DNA of 64,000 bases from the NCBI GenBank assembly GCA_963664435.2, contig CAXXKM010000003.1, forward strand, positions 1,248,001 to 1,312,000, given 5' to 3'. The notes beneath the pieces were generated by a model. That model was not told where the DNA came from. It ran no database searches and saw only the letters and a list, made by a program, of their open reading frames with translations. Below are positions 59,309 through 64,000 of the stretch, piece after piece. Each line of letters starts with the position of its first letter. The stretch's first letter is position 1. This stretch comes from Longimicrobiales bacterium. GTDB lineage: Bacteria > Gemmatimonadota > Gemmatimonadetes > Longimicrobiales > Gaopeijiaceae. The position numbers were made by a program, and so were the translations under genes.

Positions 59309-60204
59309 GGCGCCACCTCGCCGCTCGCCGGGGCGGCACCCGCCCCGGCGGCGGTCAGCGCGGGCGGCGGCGGCCTGCCGGTTTCCTCCACGAGCACCCG
59401 GGCCAGCCGGTCGAGGCGGTCGGACTGGATGCCGTCCACCCCCCACGAGAGCAGCCGGCGCATGTCCGCGGGCTCGTCGATCGTCCAGACGTGGACGGGA
59501 ATGTTGCGGCGGTGAGCCTCGCGCACGAAGCGCGGCGTGACCACCCGCCTGCCCATCCACGCATCCGGGACCTGGAGGGCGTCCGCGCGCGGCGTATACA
59601 GGAACCCGAGCGGCCGGTGGTGCAGCAGATAGAACAGCCGGATCTGGCGGCGGGACGCGCCGTGCGGGCCCGGATAGCCGTGCCGCGAGGGCCGCGCGCC
59701 CTCCAGTTCCGCGGCCATCAGCACACGGTCGTGCGCAGCGTGGCGGCGGATGGCTTCGACCAGCAATGGCGCGACCTCGGGCACCTTGGCCTCCACGTTC
59801 ATTCGCGTGGCCGGGAAGGTCTCGAGCACCTCGTCCAGCAGCGGAATGCGCACGCCCCGGCCGCGGAAGGCGAGTTCGCCCGCCGGGCCGCGGAAGCGAT
59901 ACCCGGCGTCCAGCGACCGCACCTCGCTCCAGGGAAGCTCGCGCACGGCGCCGGTGCCCTCGCAGGTGCGGTCCACGGTGGCGTCGTGAATCACCACCAC
60001 CCTGCCGTCCGCGGTGCGGCGCACGTCCAGCTCCAGCACATCGGCGTCCCATCGCTCCACGGCGGCGGTGAAGGCCGCCATGGTGTTCTCGGGGGCCAGC
60101 GCCGCGCCCCCCCTGTGAGCGATGAAGAGGGGGGCGCCCGCCAAGTACGGATGACCGGGCCGGCGGGCGGGCAGCCCGCTCCATCCCCGCCAGGGCACAC
60201 GCAT
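59305..60204 (-). CDS. Glycerophosphodiester phosphodiesterase
   Basis: IAHRGG..PENT, ELDV, VIHD, VHVWTID and GVDGIQSD. Confidence 0.92.
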   Translation of the reverse strand: MRVPWRGWSGLPARRPGHPYLAGAPLFIAHRGGAALAPENTMAAFTAAVERWDADVLELDVRRTADGRVVVIHDATVDRTCEGTGAVRELPWSEVRSLDAGYRFRGPAGELAFRGRGVRIPLLDEVLETFPATRMNVEAKVPEVAPLLVEAIRRHAAHDRVLMAAELEGARPSRHGYPGPHGASRRQIRLFYLLHHRPLGFLYTPRADALQVPDAWMGRRVVTPRFVREAHRRNIPVHVWTIDEPADMRRLLSWGVDGIQSDRLDRLARVLVEETGRPPPPALTAAGAGAAPASGEVAP

Positions 60205-60227
60205 GGAACGCCGACGTGCCGGCGTCG

Positions 60228-60740
60228 TCAATCCGCCGCGGCCCGTTCCAGCCGCACCCGCTCGGCCGGGGTGACCTCGTACAACAGCGCGAGCACCAGA
60301 TCGATGAGCGGCTCGGTCATGGACAGTTCGCGCGTGCTCTGCTCCACGTCCCACTCGGGATCCTGCTCGCGCAGTTCGGTCCGGAGCGTCACGACCCTGC
60401 CCGCCAGGAAGTTCAGGATCTCCTCCACGATGGCGGGATGCGGTTCCGCGGGCGTTCCCTGCTCGTCGATGGATTCGCGCAACAGCAATCCGCGCACGAA
60501 GGCCAGAAAACCGGGGAAGGCCAGCTCGGTGAAGGGGCCGTCGTCGAGACGCTCCTCGCCGGTGATGTTCTCCCACTCCAGCTCGTTCCAGTACAGCTCT
60601 CGAGCCTCGTCCAGGAAATAGGCGCGCCGGTCCGGCGACAGGGGAGCAACATCCCCGTCCCGGATCCGCAGCGGTCGCTCAAGTACGCGAGCCATCCACG
60701 CCTTGCGCCGGCTCAGCTCACGCTCGATCAGATCGGTCAT
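60228..60740 (-). CDS. Conserved hypothetical protein
   Basis: MTDLIERELSRR...LYWNELEWENIT...; coding-like codon usage, in line with the downstream operon. Confidence 0.7.
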   Translation of the reverse strand: MTDLIERELSRRKAWMARVLERPLRIRDGDVAPLSPDRRAYFLDEARELYWNELEWENITGEERLDDGPFTELAFPGFLAFVRGLLLRESIDEQGTPAEPHPAIVEEILNFLAGRVVTLRTELREQDPEWDVEQSTRELSMTEPLIDLVLALLYEVTPAERVRLERAAAD

Positions 60741-60944
60741 CGTCCTGCTCGTCGCTTTCGGGTGCTCCCACTGTGCCACGAGGGAGGGTCGCCCGGCCAA
60801 GATATCCGCCCGTGCGAACGGCGGCAAAGGTCGGCCGGCGGCAGCGGTCACCCGTCCGGGACCGGCGGGAGTTCGGCCCTGAACGCGACACGGCTGGCCG
60901 GCCGGATGCCTCGGACGCGCGGGCTTTTCGCACGTGGCACGGAC

Positions 60945-60983
60945 AAATGTAAACCCCGCCGGGACCGTCAGGTCCCTGCGGGG
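60945..60983 (-). terminator. Rho-independent terminator after tRNA-Met
   Basis: Minus strand reads CCCCGCAGGGACC-TGAC-GGTCCCGGCGGGG-TTTACATTT. Confidence 0.7.
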
Positions 60984-60998
60984 CAGGAAGGAAAGCGA

Positions 60999-61072
60999 TG
61001 CCGGAGGAGGGACTCGAACCCCCGACACGCGGATTATGATTCCGCTGCTCTGACCAGCTGAGCTACTCCGGC
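60999..61072 (-). tRNA. tRNA-Met (CAT), probably elongator; CCA not encoded
   Basis: GCCGGAGTAGCTCAGCTGGTCAGAGCAGCGGAATCATAATCCGCGTGTCGGGGGTTCGAGTCCCTCCTCCGGCA folds as a cloverleaf. Confidence 0.95.
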
Positions 61073-61219
61073 GGGGACATCGCGAAAACGCTAGTTTTGA
61101 GACGATAGCGTGTCAAGCGGTACCGTCAGGGACCGCGGATTATCCTGAACCAGCAAGAGGACTCCCGGCGGCAGCGGGCCTGCCCGGCGTTCGCGGAGTT
61201 CCGAGGGAGAGCGACCCGA

Positions 61220-62116
61220 ATGGACATCCCGATGATCGTTGGCGTCGTCATCGCCGCCACCGGCCTCCTCACCAGCTTTCGCGTCCTCTGGGAATACGAG
61301 CGGGGCGTCGTGTTCCGACTCGGCAAGCTGACCCGCGCCAAGGGGCCAGGCCTCATTTTTCTGGTGCCCTACGGGCTGGAACGCATGAAGAGGATGGACC
61401 TGCGCATCGTGGCGCTGGACATCGCTCCCCAGGACACCATCACCAAGGACAACGTGAGCGTCACGGTCAACGCCGTGGTGTACTTCCGGGTGACCAACCC
61501 CGCGAAGGCCGTGGTCGAGATCGAGGACTATTACTTCGCCACCTCCCAGCTGGCACAGACGACGCTCCGCAGCGTCATCGGCCAGTCGGAGCTGGATCAA
61601 CTGCTCGCCGAGCGCGAGCGCATCAACGAAATCGTGCGCGACATCATCGACGAGGGAACCGATCCCTGGGGCATCGAGGTCACCGGCGTCGAGATCAAGG
61701 ACATCGACCTGCCCAAGGAGATGAAGCGCGCGATGGCGAAGCAGGCGGAGGCCGAACGCGAGCGCCGCGGCAAGGTGATCGCGGCGGAAGGCGAGTTCCA
61801 GGCCTCGCGCAAACTGGCCGACGCGGCGGCCATCATTCAGGAATACCCCATGGCGTTGCAGCTTCGCTACCTGCAGACGGCCGTCGAGATCGCCGCGGAG
61901 AACAACTCCACCACCGTCTTTCCCATCCCCATGGAGCTCATGTCGGCGGGAACCACCAGCACGGGGAAGGCGGTCGCGCAGGCGGCGGCAGAGGGGATGC
62001 CCGCGCTCCTCCCGGAAGGGACCTCGGGGCAGTTGCTCGCGGACGCGGTTCGCAGAATCGCCGATTCCGCGACGGAAGCGAAGGAGGCAGCCGGGTCGGA
62101 GCAGGATTCGGCCTGA
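61220..62116 (+). CDS. SPFH/stomatin (slipin) family protein
   Basis: [30 protein letters not shown] and [13 protein letters not shown]. Confidence 0.95.
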   Translation: MDIPMIVGVVIAATGLLTSFRVLWEYERGVVFRLGKLTRAKGPGLIFLVPYGLERMKRMDLRIVALDIAPQDTITKDNVSVTVNAVVYFRVTNPAKAVVEIEDYYFATSQLAQTTLRSVIGQSELDQLLAERERINEIVRDIIDEGTDPWGIEVTGVEIKDIDLPKEMKRAMAKQAEAERERRGKVIAAEGEFQASRKLADAAAIIQEYPMALQLRYLQTAVEIAAENNSTTVFPIPMELMSAGTTSTGKAVAQAAAEGMPALLPEGTSGQLLADAVRRIADSATEAKEAAGSEQDSA

Positions 62117-62154
62117 GCGCCCGACCGTCCGGGAAACCGAAGGGCCCGGACCGG

Positions 62155-64000
<1,846 letters not shown>

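Noticed and set aside
60999..61072. tRNA as an integration site, or as tRNA-Ile2 because tilS is nearby
   Set aside because: No duplicated tRNA 3' end or adjacent integrase seen. The sequence looks more like elongator Met, although CAT identity cannot be proven by eye.

Overview
High-GC bacterial window. The core gene order (eno-ftsB; tilS-hpt-ftsH-cdaA) and the many 6-bladed beta-propeller, NHL and Ig/LRR genes suggest Gemmatimonadota, possibly host- or sponge-associated (inference). The main result is a nested mobile structure. (1) A ~13.9 kb tyrosine-integrase element (2522-16395, 9-bp direct repeat TGCACCGGC at both ends) splits an LCAT-like lipase gene; the lipase's last 37 codons reappear at 16395-16508. 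It carries a VirD4/TraD-type coupling protein, an unclassified putative relaxase-like protein and a giant Ig-LRR-zinc-metalloprotease lipoprotein. (2) Inside it is a complete IS110 element (11619-12972, CT core) whose left end encodes a readable bridge RNA. Its target loop (CGGGTCGCT / GTACGGGAG) matches both genomic flanks 9/9, its donor loop (ATGGATACT / GACAAG) matches the element's own ends, and circularisation would build a TTGACA-N17-CATTCT promoter. The target is one arm of a 16-bp inverted repeat whose other arm is still empty. The rest of the window holds two TA pairs (HipBA-like, Xre-RES), a cytochrome c-PQQ dehydrogenase / copper-monooxygenase cluster with an odd AT-rich patch, a tandem array of four propeller paralogs, several hydrolases, tRNA-Met and core genes. 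All calls come from reading motifs by eye; no database searches were run.
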